From a virus (lineage: Duplodnaviria; Caudoviricetes), in IMG/VR virus record IMGVR_UViG_3300017913_001136, positions 1-64,000 of that record: 64,000 nucleotides of DNA; one strand, given 5' to 3'. Made by a program: the position numbers and the translations under genes. Below, one piece after another: positions 28,991 through 38,780 of this stretch (the stretch's first letter is position 1; the number at the start of each line of letters is the position of its first letter). The notes under the pieces are model-generated. The model was not told the origin of the DNA. It searched no databases and worked only from the letters and a program-made list of their open reading frames with translations.

Positions 28991-29477
28991 GTTTCATTTC
29001 ACAAGCAACTTTTACTGCTTCTGCCAATGTTTTCGCTTTCCGTAATTCTGCTTTCATTTCTTTGTTGCTATGATTTTTAATAAAAGTCAGTTCGAACAAT
29101 TTTAATTTAAAAGCAAAAAGTCTTTCTTGTTCTTCTTTTCCTTTTTTGTTTTTACCGAAAAGAAGTTCTAACAATGCATCATAGTGGAGTGAACTGTTAG
29201 CGATATCATCAGCATCGTATATCAACCCATCTTCACGAGCGATAGTTGCTACTGCTTCGCGATAGATAGCATCTTGTTCTCTGATGTGTATTGCAGTTTT
29301 CTCATGCAACTCATCTAGAGTTGTATGTTTTAAGATTTCCTGCCAAACCTCATCGTCATCTTCTGCTAGGCAATGTTCTACCCTTGTTGTCCCATCCGGA
29401 GAAATCCAAGTAGAAACAACAGAAGTTCTTTCGTTATTATCGAAATATGCCCATTTAAATCTGTGACCATCCATCAC
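28980..29477 (-). CDS. Conserved hypothetical protein
   Basis: 165-aa ORF coupled to the upstream virion gene. Confidence 0.6.
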   Translation of the reverse strand: MMDGHRFKWAYFDNNERTSVVSTWISPDGTTRVEHCLAEDDDEVWQEILKHTTLDELHEKTAIHIREQDAIYREAVATIAREDGLIYDADDIANSSLHYDALLELLFGKNKKGKEEQERLFAFKLKLFELTFIKNHSNKEMKAELRKAKTLAEAVKVACEMKLKK

Positions 29478-30496
29478 GTTATCTCCAAGTTAAGTGCCCA
29501 AGTTGATTCATTAACAATCGAACCATTGGGAAATTCTTGCGCACGATAATCATCGCCTGTTGCTTTGTATTTAGTGTATTCCCCAGTAACACCAGTCATC
29601 TGTTGGTTCTTTATCAAAGTTCCTTGCCGTCTACCGCTTCCATTTATATTATATCTGATTGTATAACCTTGTATGCCATATATTGCTGCTTTTACCATTG
29701 GTCCGAATAAAGCATCAAACTCCGCATATGTCATATGCCTTAATCCTGTTGGTGTGTTTTTACGGTTTGAAGCAGTATCAATCATTAATGGAGTTCTGTA
29801 TCCAAACCCCTGATTGATGATTTGCGAATTTACTCTATGCAATCGATATGTAGTTGTATCGTGGTAATCTTGTGTTGTACCAGCACCACCTATATTCGTT
29901 GATCCTGTTGATCTATATGTAGCAAGATTTGCTACAGTATCTGCAAAAACAACACCAAGATTTGCGCAGTTTGCCACATTTACAGATGTGGATATAAAAT
30001 AAGAACCTCCTGCGCTTGATACAGTACTGCTTGTCGCCTGCATACTTCGTACAACAGGAAATATAAAAGTATCTAAACATTCAGCGAAAGACATTTCACG
30101 AATAGTCTGATCATCTTCCATATAAATTGGTTTCGTATTTAATGCCTGATAATCACTATTATCAAAAGATCCTGGATTCGTAATCGTCTGAGATATCTTA
30201 TCATATGTAGTGCCTGTGATTAGTTGTGGTTCACCAGTAGCACCCTCTCCAGGCATACTTGTCACGTCTGTCCAAGGACCTGAAGTATCTCTTGCCGCAG
30301 TTCCTGAACGATACCTTGTATCGGTCATCTGTGGAGTAATGTTACCAAGATTGGGTACGACGCTCAATGTTACAGGAACAGTTCCTTGTCCATATAGATA
30401 CGTGATACGACCCAACATTGCTTCATGCTGAGCAGCAGTCGTATGCCTTATCCTAGTGGATCCATCTTCTATAAACGCTCTTCTTGGTAACGGCAT
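29474..30496 (-). CDS. Putative virion structural protein
   Basis: 340-aa T/S/G-rich ORF in the late operon; MTDTRY...TGEP...YDKISQ, YRAQEFPNG. Confidence 0.6.
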   Translation of the reverse strand: MPLPRRAFIEDGSTRIRHTTAAQHEAMLGRITYLYGQGTVPVTLSVVPNLGNITPQMTDTRYRSGTAARDTSGPWTDVTSMPGEGATGEPQLITGTTYDKISQTITNPGSFDNSDYQALNTKPIYMEDDQTIREMSFAECLDTFIFPVVRSMQATSSTVSSAGGSYFISTSVNVANCANLGVVFADTVANLATYRSTGSTNIGGAGTTQDYHDTTTYRLHRVNSQIINQGFGYRTPLMIDTASNRKNTPTGLRHMTYAEFDALFGPMVKAAIYGIQGYTIRYNINGSGRRQGTLIKNQQMTGVTGEYTKYKATGDDYRAQEFPNGSIVNESTWALNLEIT

Positions 30497-31182
30497 TATG
30501 GGGTTCCAGGAGTACTAGATGTAGATAAGAAATAACCTGAAAGAACTACAGTTCCTGTTTCGTTTTTCACTGTAAGAAGTTTCGAGTTTCTAAACTCTAC
30601 ATTATCAAATGTTAATGTTTGACCGATAATCAAATGATCTATGAATGCGCTATCAATAGTTGCTGAATCAGCATCAATATTTTTAGCAACGACATTCGTG
30701 ATAGTAGCACTATCAGTCGTTAAAAATTTTGTGTGAAGGTGATTTACTATCGCTGAATCAATGATTAGGTTAGCACCGTCATCAACGTGGATACGGTTTA
30801 CATCAATCTTATTGAACTTTCCGCTATCTACATCTAACACACCTGTCACAGTAAGATTAGCGATACTGGCACTATCTATTGTAGCACTATCAGCGACTAA
30901 CATACCTGCACGAATGATTCTAAATGTACCAGAATCAGCAATAATGTTTTTAAGTAAAAGATTTCCTGTGCTTAATAACGTGTTGATACTGTCTACAGTT
31001 TCCCACATAAAATTAATTGCGGAAACAATATTAGAGTCGTGAGTTTTACCTGCATTGGAATCATACACTCCAAAATCAGATTCAAGTTCATCGAGATCTC
31101 CGATGTAATCTGACATCAGGTTCGTTTTAGAAACCCACTGACCTATGGGAGCATTGGTTAATATTTCTTCTTTTCTTGACAT
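30496..31182 (-). CDS. Short beta-helix fibre-like protein A
   Basis: WVSKTNLMSDYIGDL N-terminus; DSATIDSA repeats; 11 DS. Confidence 0.6.
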   Translation of the reverse strand: MSRKEEILTNAPIGQWVSKTNLMSDYIGDLDELESDFGVYDSNAGKTHDSNIVSAINFMWETVDSINTLLSTGNLLLKNIIADSGTFRIIRAGMLVADSATIDSASIANLTVTGVLDVDSGKFNKIDVNRIHVDDGANLIIDSAIVNHLHTKFLTTDSATITNVVAKNIDADSATIDSAFIDHLIIGQTLTFDNVEFRNSKLLTVKNETGTVVLSGYFLSTSSTPGTP

Positions 31183-31185
31183 TTT

Positions 31186-32115
31186 TTACACCACGTCTAA
31201 TTTATACCCACCGAACTGTATAACCCCTGGATCAGAAGGGGAACTTGGTCCACGTGAATCTGTTATTAAGAACTTGCTAACTCCATCATAGGTTGAATCG
31301 TCAAATGTTAAATCCTCTTGAAGATATAGATTATTTATAAGCGCACTGTCAATGGTCGCACTATCACTGGTGATGTTTGTAACCTTCAACAAATGATTAA
31401 ACTTCGCAGAATCGATTGTATTAGAAACATTATGAACAAGAGCAAAGTTAATTTTTACAAACCCATCACTATCTGCAGTCAGAGTTTGTATATACCCACT
31501 ATCATGAATCTGTATATGATCGAACAAAGCACTGTCTAAGTCGTATGATGAACTATCGAAATGAGTGGTAACAAGATTGTTAAATGTTGCACCACTATCT
31601 ACCAAGAAATCAAATTTGAATGACGAGATAAGATAGTTTGTAGAATCTGGTAACAAGATACTGTTGATGAGTCCAGTAGATCCGATAGAATCGCCACGCT
31701 CATAACTATCCCGAACGAAAGCATCCGCAGCATAGAAATGAGTGAATACATTTCCTGTCCCACCTGGACTATCATCTAATCTTAATATGTGGAAGGTTGC
31801 TGAATCAACGAGGAGATTAGCAGTCATCTTCGCTGAACCACCGTTGAACAAACTGGTCAGGAATGTGACCATTGGATTGTAAACGTGATTGACAGCAGTT
31901 ACAAAACTAGAATCTCTGTATCCAGGACGATAGGTATCATATAACCCACTATCAGCAATCTTTTCTAAATAGTAATCGCCATAGTAATTCAGAGGAGTAG
32001 TTCTAATCTCTGTAACAAAATCATCGAGATCGCCCATGTAGTCAGACATTGTATTCTGACTATCGATCCACTGCTGGATAGTATTATCACTGTCGATATG
32101 AATCTTTCTTGCCAT
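31186..32115 (-). CDS. Short beta-helix fibre-like protein B (paralog of A)
   Basis: WIDSQNTMSDYMGDL; 19 DS. Confidence 0.6.
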   Translation of the reverse strand: MARKIHIDSDNTIQQWIDSQNTMSDYMGDLDDFVTEIRTTPLNYYGDYYLEKIADSGLYDTYRPGYRDSSFVTAVNHVYNPMVTFLTSLFNGGSAKMTANLLVDSATFHILRLDDSPGGTGNVFTHFYAADAFVRDSYERGDSIGSTGLINSILLPDSTNYLISSFKFDFLVDSGATFNNLVTTHFDSSSYDLDSALFDHIQIHDSGYIQTLTADSDGFVKINFALVHNVSNTIDSAKFNHLLKVTNITSDSATIDSALINNLYLQEDLTFDDSTYDGVSKFLITDSRGPSSPSDPGVIQFGGYKLDVV

Positions 32116-32318
32116 TACTTCAACCTATCCAGTATTTCCCTCATCATATCTCTTAGTTCACCAACCTGATATTTGATATCTTCGATCTCCTGCTTTTGAC
32201 TCTTTCGTAATTTCTTCGAAAGTTTTGCTTTCTCGATCGAAGTTATATCAACATTCAATATAGCATTATTATTTAAATCACGAACAAGAGTGTTGTGATT
32301 CTCTACCTTCGCTTTCAT
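32115..32318 (-). CDS. Small coiled-coil protein
   Basis: LVRD...AILN...EIEDIKYQVGELRDMMREILDRL. Confidence 0.6.
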   Translation of the reverse strand: MKAKVENHNTLVRDLNNNAILNVDITSIEKAKLSKKLRKSQKQEIEDIKYQVGELRDMMREILDRLK

Positions 32319-35300
32319 TATACCGCCAGTGCAATAACTCTTAGATCTTTGAATGATGGAACAAGAGCACTGCTCCTAGACTTCATTACGATCTTCAAAA
32401 TAAATTTATCAAACGGATCAACAAAACCTACTGTGTCACCAATAAGATAGGTGTAATCCCTGAACACTGCTGGGTTCTCGTCACTCTGGATTTGCTCTTC
32501 CGGAGAAATTTCTACCCACTCAAGATCGTCAAAGTTCTGATCTTCGGTTGCGACTTTATAATACAAGTCAAAGTCAGCGACAGAAGGTTTGTTCGCTGAA
32601 AGAAGAACTTTCACACCAACAGAAGGGGATTCAAGGATAACTGGTTTCACGATATGTTTCGCCAGATGTGAACCACCGTTCGGATCAGTTTCGTCAGCAT
32701 AATCAATAGGAGTGTTTCTATTATTGTTCAACAATACGCCAGGAGAACCTGCTGAATCTTGGAAGTCAATATTATTATGGAACATCCACAACCCAGTTCT
32801 CTGCAGATCAACAACAGGTGAAAGATCACTATCGGTTGTAGTCAAGTTCAATTTGATAGTTGCTGACTTATCACCGCTCATAGAGTTGGTTTCACGCTCG
32901 GAGTTCGCAAGAACCTTTGGAGTGAGGAAGTAGTTATCTTCGTTCGCTATGATTCTTGTATATGTTCCTGCTTTAGTGTACTGTGTTTCGTTACCTGCAT
33001 GAGACTTACCCTCAGTCAGTTTTGCGTCAACAGTAATATCAGTTCTCTTTGGTATCAATGTTTGAAGGCGAGGACTCAAGATCTCGTAATGAATATTCTG
33101 AGTTGCCAGCGCAGATAGACCACCAAAAGTTGATGAGTCAGTTGCCGAATCGTCAGAAGTAATTGTATAATGATCTTCGTCTACAGCGATAATAGTTCTA
33201 TTGTTGCTAATACTTGCACCAGTCATACCATTACCGAATGAACCTGTACTATCTAAACCACTGATTCTTACTGTATCACCAGCAATAAATCCATGATTCG
33301 GTTGATTCACTGTTACAACATTAGAACCTGAATCTACTTCAAATGGGTTCGCAGGAAGCAGGTCAAGAGGAACAGCAGGGTTCTCTAGGATAACTGTTGC
33401 CGAAGTGTTAGGGAACTTCGCTTGAATCAGTTCGAACTTCATGTCTTTGTTCTGAGCAGGATTCCATGTAGAACCATTCTGAGATAAGAACAATGAACCT
33501 AGTGTTGGTTGTTTTGCAATCTTTCTTGCAGTTGAACCTACTTCAAACTGTTCTGTTTCAGCAATGTATACATTATAATCTACTGACTGAGCAAGAAGAA
33601 CAATAGCATAAGTGGTTAAACCACTCAGGAATACTGGTTCATCAAATTCAAACTCAGTTGCTGAAGTAGCATCGTTTGAAGTTGTAACAGAACTTGGTTC
33701 TAAGAACTTCACTGCTCCTGGAACAGGGATACTATCGGGAACGCCAGCAACCATTGGACGAATCTGTAATTGTACAGGAATATTCGCATCTTTCGTTTTA
33801 AAGAAAATTTTGACTTTAGTAATGAATACACCGTTTGGTTTATTCACGAAAAATGATTGCGCCAAAGGATCATTTGGATTTGGTTCTGGTGGATTATCAT
33901 CACCTCCTGGAGGAGAAGGTGGATTAATCCTAGAACGACCAGTTACTACAGAACGAATTGAAATTTGGCGAGTCGCCTTTACTGTACGATCTACAGTTTC
34001 GAGTACACCGTTTGCATCAAAGTAACCTTTAGAAAATGATGTAGCATATTCTGCATCACCACCAGTAACATCCATCAATTCAAATGCACGTGTACCAGTT
34101 CTAAACCTGATCGCATCAGTATTAGGAACAAAGAAGTTACCTTCAATCTTACCTGCTGCATTTGAAGTAAGAATTCTGTCAGCAGCATTTGGTGCGTCTG
34201 GGTGAGTTGTTGCTCGGTTATGGCGATTGCCGACTGCTGTAGTGCTTGAACCATGACGTGTGAATGAAGCAGTTGCATCTACCCAATCTGCTACCGATAC
34301 GCCATCAAAGAATGGATAGTGGCGAGTATTCGGTTTCAGACCTTGTACACGGAACGACATTTTCACTGAACGCATAAACGGAATCAGCGCAACATCTACA
34401 ACCTTTTCGTCAATCACTTCACGAATAGTTTGTTCAGATACAACACGATTAACTCTCGTGACTCTGAAACCACCTTCTGCAGTAGTTCTTGCACCTGTGA
34501 CATTAGTACCAACTGAGATACCACCCCAGTTCCAACCCCAGTTACCAAATAACCGATTGGATTGATTATCAAGACGAGTACCACCGCTCACAACTTTCGT
34601 ATGGCGAACCTTTGTTTCTTTCCAGTGATCTGATGAAGGTGAAAGATCGGTATAACCTTCGTTTGTGATAACGGCAAACGGATTGATGTTTTCAGTTCCG
34701 GATGCAAGATCTTGATTAATGTATGAGGCATGGTTATATGCCATCATTACATTATCACCTTTTAGAATAGTGTTTGTGGATTGAACTGAATCGTAAAGAA
34801 GTCTCAGTTCTTCTTCTGAAAAGATAGGTCTCAAGATTTTATTTTGTGGATCAACAGATGCTCGATATTCGATATTGTTGACATCTGATGACTGATGGTC
34901 AATAAAGTTATCAACCAAGAACCCAGACTTTGTACGATCTAATCCACCAGAGTCTAAGACTGAGAAGTTTTTCAGATCGATTTCTAGTAGACTCAAAGCA
35001 GTGACTTCTTCAAGATTATCAAGACGATCTTCCATACGAGAAAGATCCTTCATTGTAAACCCTTTTGCCTCTACTTTACGCATCTCCATATCACTGTCAT
35101 GAACTGATCCTGGACGCATCTTGATTTGATACAGTTCTAATGCACCTTCTGGTGTTTCAGGGAACTGTGGATTGAAACTTGAGTTTCCTTCAAGATACTG
35201 CAGAGGATTAGTCGCAATCAATTTATCGTAACGAGGAAGATAATAAGTGACGTCACCAGTGACCAATGAAGTATTAGTCGGCAAAGGATTATATCTTGCA

Positions 35301-37408
35301 GTTGCTGCTGAAAAGTTTGCACCTGTATCATCTTTACGAGAGCGGAAATCGAGATGATCTTTGAGGTCGTAAAGTTGACCTGATTTATCACGATATCTTG
35401 GAATATCTTTGTATGGTGTAGGATATGATGTAGGAGCAAAGAAGTCACCAGAAGAACCGTGCGCATAATAATTAAAGCGAACGAACACATTACCTCCAGG
35501 AGCAACCCTGTTACCTTTCAGAACCAAACGACCTACATCATAGAAGTTATCTCTCTGACCGTTATCAAGAATGAATCTTGCTGAGATATCTTGCCCATCA
35601 GAGTCAGCGATAGTTACACGAGTCACGTTTACAATATCTGCTTTACTCAGTGAGATATATGGCGCACCAGTTGAAGGTGTAGTTACAGTCGCTGTGACTG
35701 TGGCATTAGTAAGAGTCTTTGTTCTTGCTGTGCCTTCTACTGATTTTTTGTAAAGAATCTCAAGTGTAGTTGATGCAGGTCCACCAGATATAGATGCCCC
35801 AGTACCGCCACCAGTTAAGGTAATCGTTGGTGAAATTAATGCACCTGTATCGTTTCTTGAGATTACCCAATCGGTCGTATCAACATATCTTTCAGTACCA
35901 GATAGAGTTGGCAAAGATACGTTACCCGAACCATCAGTCGCTCTTGTGTCTCTACGAAGAACATTGTAAGATACGTTCGCCAGTCCCTGTACACGTGGGT
36001 GAGGATATTCAAACAAAAGAATATTATTCTGCTTATCCTTAAGAACAGCATTTGAATTTTCTAGGATTGGGTTGGCATAGTTGGTCGCATCTTTACCAAG
36101 AGAGCGAACTAATCTAAAGTCCTTACCAGCATTCATGCTGATATCCATCAGATAGTAACGAATATTTGGACCATCTTCTTCTACAGATTTAATTCTTGCT
36201 GTGCCGATAGTGGTTCCGCTGTTACGATATCCGTCTTTCAGGTTGTACTGTTCGAACTCGTCAACATTAGGAACACCGAGTGAACTATCACAAAGAACAT
36301 AATTACCGATACCAATAGAAACAACTTCGTTAGTCACTTCTTCTGTATCATCTGCTTTATTTACATCTAGACTTCCGTAACCAGTATATTCGTTTCTGTA
36401 TCCATTCAGATAAACAAGTCCAGGAGAAACTCTCAAACTGAATTTGTTAGCAGAGTCTGTTGGGTGCGTCTCATAATTAATCTTAAATGGTTTTTTAATA
36501 AAGTCGCCATTGATTTCTTTAATACGAGTTGCACTAAAATCTTCGATCTTATTATAAGAGTCATCAGCAGATACAACTTCGATAACCTTACCACGCTGGA
36601 TTTTAGCATAGAATACAAAGATCTCGTCTGAGTCTACTTCTGACTCAAGAGCAAGAGTCATATCAATGCGAAGTCTATCCGCTCCAGGAGCAGTCAGGTT
36701 AGGATTCGCACCTTGATTATCATATAATCTATTGTCATCATCAACGGTAAAGATTCTTTGTTGTACACGGAAACCTACATTGATATTCGGAACACTAGAA
36801 TATTTGTCAAGAATAATGCTTTGTGCGTCTGCTTGTACAAAGTGACCCTGCGTAAAGAACACCCCAGTATTGGTAGATGCACGTGTACCTGTACCAACAG
36901 CAGGATTTGCGTTTGTATTTGTTAATTGTACTGTAAGAGTTTTAACATTGTTTGTAAGATTTTCGCCAGGAGTAAATCTAATCGGAGTAGTTGCTCCAGC
37001 AACACCTGAAGTTGTGTTTGTATATTTAACGAATAGAGTAGCAGGATCAGATCCGGAAGCAGCAACGACTTCTAGAACTTCCGCTTGAATGCTTGAAGTT
37101 GCTCCTGTGATTGTAACCCCTTCGAGGGAAGTGATTACTGAAGGAAGGGTGTTAGATGATGTATCAAGTTTGATAAACTCGTACTTGTTATCAACGGTAA
37201 TACCGCCACCAACTACCGCAGCACCTTCTTTAAAAATGTTTGTACCAAAACGCTCAATCTCTTTTTGGATAATGGTTTGCATCTGTGTAAGTTCACGTGC
37301 CTGCAAAACCTTTCCGCTGTTAAAGAGAATTCTATGATAGTGATCACTATCTCGGAAGTCGTCTTTGTAGGTGGTTTGAAATAATGTTTTGGTAAGATTA
37401 TTTGCCAT
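32318..37408 (-). CDS. VrlC/DUF4815-like large virion (baseplate) protein
   Basis: YKDDF...YHRILF...LQARELTQMQ, APGADRL, DRTKSGFLVDNF, DPLAQSF, PSFKDLRVIALA. Confidence 0.85.
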   Translation of the reverse strand: MANNLTKTLFQTTYKDDFRDSDHYHRILFNSGKVLQARELTQMQTIIQKEIERFGTNIFKEGAAVVGGGITVDNKYEFIKLDTSSNTLPSVITSLEGVTITGATSSIQAEVLEVVAASGSDPATLFVKYTNTTSGVAGATTPIRFTPGENLTNNVKTLTVQLTNTNANPAVGTGTRASTNTGVFFTQGHFVQADAQSIILDKYSSVPNINVGFRVQQRIFTVDDDNRLYDNQGANPNLTAPGADRLRIDMTLALESEVDSDEIFVFYAKIQRGKVIEVVSADDSYNKIEDFSATRIKEINGDFIKKPFKINYETHPTDSANKFSLRVSPGLVYLNGYRNEYTGYGSLDVNKADDTEEVTNEVVSIGIGNYVLCDSSLGVPNVDEFEQYNLKDGYRNSGTTIGTARIKSVEEDGPNIRYYLMDISMNAGKDFRLVRSLGKDATNYANPILENSNAVLKDKQNNILLFEYPHPRVQGLANVSYNVLRRDTRATDGSGNVSLPTLSGTERYVDTTDWVISRNDTGALISPTITLTGGGTGASISGGPASTTLEILYKKSVEGTARTKTLTNATVTATVTTPSTGAPYISLSKADIVNVTRVTIADSDGQDISARFILDNGQRDNFYDVGRLVLKGNRVAPGGNVFVRFNYYAHGSSGDFFAPTSYPTPYKDIPRYRDKSGQLYDLKDHLDFRSRKDDTGANFSAATARYNPLPTNTSLVTGDVTYYLPRYDKLIATNPLQYLEGNSSFNPQFPETPEGALELYQIKMRPGSVHDSDMEMRKVEAKGFTMKDLSRMEDRLDNLEEVTALSLLEIDLKNFSVLDSGGLDRTKSGFLVDNFIDHQSSDVNNIEYRASVDPQNKILRPIFSEEELRLLYDSVQSTNTILKGDNVMMAYNHASYINQDLASGTENINPFAVITNEGYTDLSPSSDHWKETKVRHTKVVSGGTRLDNQSNRLFGNWGWNWGGISVGTNVTGARTTAEGGFRVTRVNRVVSEQTIREVIDEKVVDVALIPFMRSVKMSFRVQGLKPNTRHYPFFDGVSVADWVDATASFTRHGSSTTAVGNRHNRATTHPDAPNAADRILTSNAAGKIEGNFFVPNTDAIRFRTGTRAFELMDVTGGDAEYATSFSKGYFDANGVLETVDRTVKATRQISIRSVVTGRSRINPPSPPGGDDNPPEPNPNDPLAQSFFVNKPNGVFITKVKIFFKTKDANIPVQLQIRPMVAGVPDSIPVPGAVKFLEPSSVTTSNDATSATEFEFDEPVFLSGLTTYAIVLLAQSVDYNVYIAETEQFEVGSTARKIAKQPTLGSLFLSQNGSTWNPAQNKDMKFELIQAKFPNTSATVILENPAVPLDLLPANPFEVDSGSNVVTVNQPNHGFIAGDTVRISGLDSTGSFGNGMTGASISNNRTIIAVDEDHYTITSDDSATDSSTFGGLSALATQNIHYEILSPRLQTLIPKRTDITVDAKLTEGKSHAGNETQYTKAGTYTRIIANEDNYFLTPKVLANSERETNSMSGDKSATIKLNLTTTDSDLSPVVDLQRTGLWMFHNNIDFQDSAGSPGVLLNNNRNTPIDYADETDPNGGSHLAKHIVKPVILESPSVGVKVLLSANKPSVADFDLYYKVATEDQNFDDLEWVEISPEEQIQSDENPAVFRDYTYLIGDTVGFVDPFDKFILKIVMKSRSSALVPSFKDLRVIALAV

Positions 37409-37418
37409 CTTCTATTCC

Positions 37419-38768
37419 TTAGAACGATATAATTATTTTTACGTCTTCAGTTTGTGTCGCATCTCTTAGCACTGCTGCACGATTATCTATATACAGAATA
37501 TCGCCTGTTTCTACATCGTACTTCGGCGAGATCAATGCTGAATCGATAACACCATCACCAGCACCATTAGTTTCTTGAACAACTTCACCGTCCTGGAAGG
37601 CGATATGCCCTGTACTGTCAGTTTGATGGTAGAAAATTTCATTAGAGTCTATGTGGTCAACGAAAGCAACCGCACCTGAAGTCTGACCCTCAATTTTCTT
37701 ATCTTTTGTAAATGCTGTAACAATACTGCTCAGAGTCATTTTGTCGAGCGCATTACCAGTCAAATCAGTAAAGTATGCGCCATTCTGTTGACGTGGATCT
37801 CTCCACAACGAAACCTGACGGAAGTCCTGACCAACAATTAAATCACTATCATCTGGATCTAACTGTGAGTGGAACATAACAGCAGTAGACCTTAGATCAT
37901 CTCTAGCATCACGACCGATACCAGAATCAGCAGTAACAACCGCACGTGCTGTTGCTCCTGCACCACCACCACCAGTGATGGTAATAACAGGAGTATTGAA
38001 ATATCCTGATCCATGACTTAGAGTAGAACTATCTGGATCCATAGTAATATGTGTCACAATACCAAGTGCTGAATCAATGAATGCTGATGCCGCAGCACCA
38101 CTACCTGACTGACCTGTGATTGATACTGTAGGACGTGATGTATAACCTGAACCACCATCTGTCAACACAATACTAGAAATCATTGCTTGCTTAGTATTGT
38201 TCTGAACTGATTCGTGACGCAACTCAATGCCAGTAGAGTTGGAGTCAGTTACACCCTGCTTTTTAACAGGCATAAAGTTCGATGACATAAATTGGTTTGC
38301 ATCAGATGCTGATATAGTGTACAAGAACTTCCAAACATAACCATCACCAAGACGGAATGAGTTATCATTTGAAGAAGTCGGTTCTACAGTAGAAGTAACA
38401 ATATTCCCGTCATCATCTCTACCTACTTCAAGGCAAACATAAACCTGATTGTTGTCTGTCTTTACATAGTATGGATTGGTCGGATATCCTGCTACCAGAT
38501 CATCGTATGCTGAGTAGATTGTACCGCTAATCCAGTTGTTACGAGGAACAACCTGTGAAACTGCCTGAACCTTTTTGACAGAAATAAGTTGATCACGAAC
38601 TTGACGAATATCGAGAATGGTATCTTCTGGAACAGGAACATGGTCATTTGAGTCCCACTGTTCTGGTCTACCGATACCCACATAATAATTATTGCTATTC
38701 AGGTTGAAACCGTCGAAGAAGTTTCTCGCCAATATCTTTCTGAGTGCTCTTGTAATAATTGCTGGCAT
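37419..38768 (-). CDS. gp8: Baseplate wedge subunit
   Basis: YYVGIGRP, VVPRNNWISGT, NQVYVCL, GDGYVWKFLY, GDILYIDNR, EDVKIIISF. Confidence 0.9.
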   Translation of the reverse strand: MPAIITRALRKILARNFFDGFNLNSNNYYVGIGRPEQWDSNDHVPVPEDTILDIRQVRDQLISVKKVQAVSQVVPRNNWISGTIYSAYDDLVAGYPTNPYYVKTDNNQVYVCLEVGRDDDGNIVTSTVEPTSSNDNSFRLGDGYVWKFLYTISASDANQFMSSNFMPVKKQGVTDSNSTGIELRHESVQNNTKQAMISSIVLTDGGSGYTSRPTVSITGQSGSGAAASAFIDSALGIVTHITMDPDSSTLSHGSGYFNTPVITITGGGGAGATARAVVTADSGIGRDARDDLRSTAVMFHSQLDPDDSDLIVGQDFRQVSLWRDPRQQNGAYFTDLTGNALDKMTLSSIVTAFTKDKKIEGQTSGAVAFVDHIDSNEIFYHQTDSTGHIAFQDGEVVQETNGAGDGVIDSALISPKYDVETGDILYIDNRAAVLRDATQTEDVKIIISF

Positions 38769-38780
38769 TTTATTTTCCTA

